Shown here piece after piece: positions 62,103 through 64,000 of a stretch of DNA of 64,000 bases (within the stretch, counting starts at the first letter, position 1; the number at the start of each line of letters is the position of its first letter). The translations under genes were made by a program, and so were the position numbers. Origin of the DNA: a candidate division WOR-3 bacterium UBA1063 (GTDB lineage: Bacteria > Hydrothermota > Hydrothermia > UBA1063); assembly GCA_002316275.1 (NCBI GenBank), contig DCDE01000004.1, forward strand, positions 27,434-91,433. The letters run 5' to 3'. Under the pieces are notes generated by a model. The model ran no database searches. It was not told the DNA's origin and was given only the letters and a program-made list of their open reading frames with translations.

Positions 62103-63437
62103 ATGCAGGAAGATCAAATCTGGAGGGAAAAAGCCTCCGAACCTCTCAGAAAAGCAGAAGTTTTACACCCGAGGTACCGAGGAAAAATTGAAATTTTACC
62201 CAAGGTTCCCGTTTCGCATTATGAGTATTTCTCTGTGTGGTATACTCCCGGGGTCTCTTCAGCATGTAAAAAGATCTTAGAAAACAGCGAAAAATCCTTT
62301 GAATATACATCCAGATGGAATACCATTGCAGTAGTTTCGGATGGGACCAGAGTCCTCGGTCTTGGAAACATTGGCCCAGAGGCAGGATTACCTGTGATGG
62401 AAGGCAAATCACTGCTGTTTAAATATCTTGGAGGAGTTGATGCATTCCCTATATGTATCAGCGAAAAAGATCCAGATCGGATAATCTCCATTGTGAAAGC
62501 CCTTGAGCCTACTTTCGGAGGTATAAATCTCGAGGACATTGAGAAACCAAAGTGTTTTCATATATTAGAAAGGCTGAGAAATGAACTTTCTATACCAGTA
62601 TGGCATGATGATCAACAAGGAACCGCAACGGTGATCCTTGCAGCTCTTATTAATGCAGCTGAAATCGCAAATAAATCCTTAGAGAACCTTAATATATTTA
62701 TTCTTGGCGCAGGGTCGGCTGGAATTGCAACCCTTAGACTACTTATTTCCGCTGGACTAAATCCACAAAACATAGTAGTGGCAGATAGAAAAGGGCTTAT
62801 TCATAGAGAGCGAGATGACCTGGAAGAAAAGTTTGGGATATACAGGGATTTGCTCGCGAAAACAAATGGTAGAAACAGAAAGGGAGACTTCCATGAAGGC
62901 TTTGCCGGTGCAGATGTTTTCATAGGTCTCTCCACCCCAGGCCCTGGAGTTGTCAGAAGGGAAGATATAAAAAAGATGTCAAAAGACGCAATTGTGTTCA
63001 CTTGTGCAAATCCAACTCCCGAAATATGGCCATGGGAAGCAAAAGAAGCTGGGGCAAAGATAGTAGCCACTGGAAGATCAGATTTTCCAAACCAGGTCAA
63101 TAACTCTATAGTGTTCCCCGGTATTTTTAGAGGCGTTTTAGACGTATCTGCAAGAACTATCTCCGACTCCATGTGCCTTAAAGTAGCACAAGAAATTGCA
63201 AAATACGCAAAAAATCGGGGAATAAATGAAGAGTACATTATTCCTGGGATGGACGAATGGGAGGTATTCCCAAGAGTTGCTGCTACAGCAGCAGATACGG
63301 CTACAAAGGAAGGAGTTGCGAGAAAACCCCTTTCTTTTGGTGAAGAATTGGAAAATGCGACCCAAATCATCACAAGGACCAGAAAACTAATAGAAAACCT
63401 CGAAACATTAGGGTATATTGAGAATTATTTTACATGA
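62103..63437 (+). CDS. NAD(P)-dependent malic enzyme (small, no PTA domain)
   Basis: 'HPRYRGKIEILPKV', 'SVWYTPGVSSAC', Rossmann 'ILGAGSAGIA'. Start at Met9 of the ORF-track protein. Confidence 0.8.
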   Translation: MQEDQIWREKASEPLRKAEVLHPRYRGKIEILPKVPVSHYEYFSVWYTPGVSSACKKILENSEKSFEYTSRWNTIAVVSDGTRVLGLGNIGPEAGLPVMEGKSLLFKYLGGVDAFPICISEKDPDRIISIVKALEPTFGGINLEDIEKPKCFHILERLRNELSIPVWHDDQQGTATVILAALINAAEIANKSLENLNIFILGAGSAGIATLRLLISAGLNPQNIVVADRKGLIHRERDDLEEKFGIYRDLLAKTNGRNRKGDFHEGFAGADVFIGLSTPGPGVVRREDIKKMSKDAIVFTCANPTPEIWPWEAKEAGAKIVATGRSDFPNQVNNSIVFPGIFRGVLDVSARTISDSMCLKVAQEIAKYAKNRGINEEYIIPGMDEWEVFPRVAATAADTATKEGVARKPLSFGEELENATQIITRTRKLIENLETLGYIENYFT

Positions 63438-64000
63438 GATACATTGAAACAGAACTAATTAAAGAAAAGGTTCAAGAAACACTCGTAAAGATTAATTTTG
63501 AATTTGATGAGGGCTATATAAAAGTACTTGAAAACGCTTTTATGAGAGAAGAAGCAGCCTTGGGAAAGGAAGTACTAAAGGACCTCTTAGAGAATGCAAA
63601 AATCGCGTTAAATGAAAAAATCCCAATCTGTCAGGATACGGGGATGGTTAATGTTTACATAGAGCTCGGTCAAGATGTAACACTAAAAGGCCGCCCCCTA
63701 CATGAAGCCGTAAATGAAGCAGTTAAAGGGGCTTACAAAGAAAATTATTTAAGACCATCAATTGTAGAAGATCCTATCAGTAGAAAAAATACGGGGGACA
63801 ATACACCAGCCATTATCCATTTTGAACTGGTTTCGGGGGAAAAAGTAACTATCTTTATTTTAGCTAAGGGAGGAGGGAGCGAGCAGATCTGTCATGTGGG
63901 TATGCTGTCTCCTCATCAGGGAATTGAAGGTGTAAAAGAGTTCGTCCTATCCGTGGTAAAAGAAGCTGGACCTAATCCTTGTCCTCCCGTTATCTTGGGG
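63434..64000 (+). CDS. Class I fumarate hydratase / tartrate dehydratase alpha subunit (partial, runs off the window)
   Basis: Hand-translated from 63434 (ATGA overlap with the malic enzyme stop). Gives 'MRYIETELIKEK...IPICQDTGMVNVYIELGQDV...'. The CQDTG motif is typical of the FumA/TtdA alpha type. No stop codon before the window end. Confidence 0.75.
   Translation, partial: MRYIETELIKEKVQETLVKINFEFDEGYIKVLENAFMREEAALGKEVLKDLLENAKIALNEKIPICQDTGMVNVYIELGQDVTLKGRPLHEAVNEAVKGAYKENYLRPSIVEDPISRKNTGDNTPAIIHFELVSGEKVTIFILAKGGGSEQICHVGMLSPHQGIEGVKEFVLSVVKEAGPNPCPPVILG

Overview
The window looks like a low-GC bacterial chromosome segment dominated by conserved core genes. No rRNA, CRISPR array, transposase or integrase was recognised.

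Positions 1-12.6 kb hold tRNA-Lys, purE-purC, a tRNA-Glu/tRNA-Gln pair with a consensus promoter, guaB, and the beta subunit of a class I fumarase. They also hold a minus-strand nadC-nadX-tldD-apbE operon, and an orphan sucD followed by a hypothetical gene and a hotdog thioesterase.

Positions 13-22 kb are the only accessory-looking part. They carry two giant paralogous signalling proteins with the order nucleotide cyclase, STAND/AAA_16 ATPase, TPR array. One has a class III adenylyl cyclase head and intact Walker motifs. The other has a GGDEF head and degenerate Walker A and B motifs. Between them sit a half-size TauE/SafE protein, a PAP2 phosphatase and a DUF167 gene. A secreted hypothetical protein lies downstream of the cyclase gene.

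Positions 21.9-60.6 kb form one continuous minus-strand block. Read in transcription order it runs tRNA-Arg, tRNA-Trp, rpmG, secE, nusG, rplKAJL, rpoBC, rpsL, rpsG, fusA, tuf, then the S10, spc and alpha ribosomal operons ending with rplQ and a terminator, then iorAB, rnfCDGEAB and rseC.

The right end, on the plus strand, carries thyX, maf, a malic enzyme and the N-terminal part of the fumarase alpha subunit.

Several plus-strand genes have sigma70-like -10 hexamers 6-9 nt before the ATG with no Shine-Dalgarno sequence, which suggests leaderless mRNAs.

All calls come from reading motifs in the supplied translations and DNA. No database search was run.
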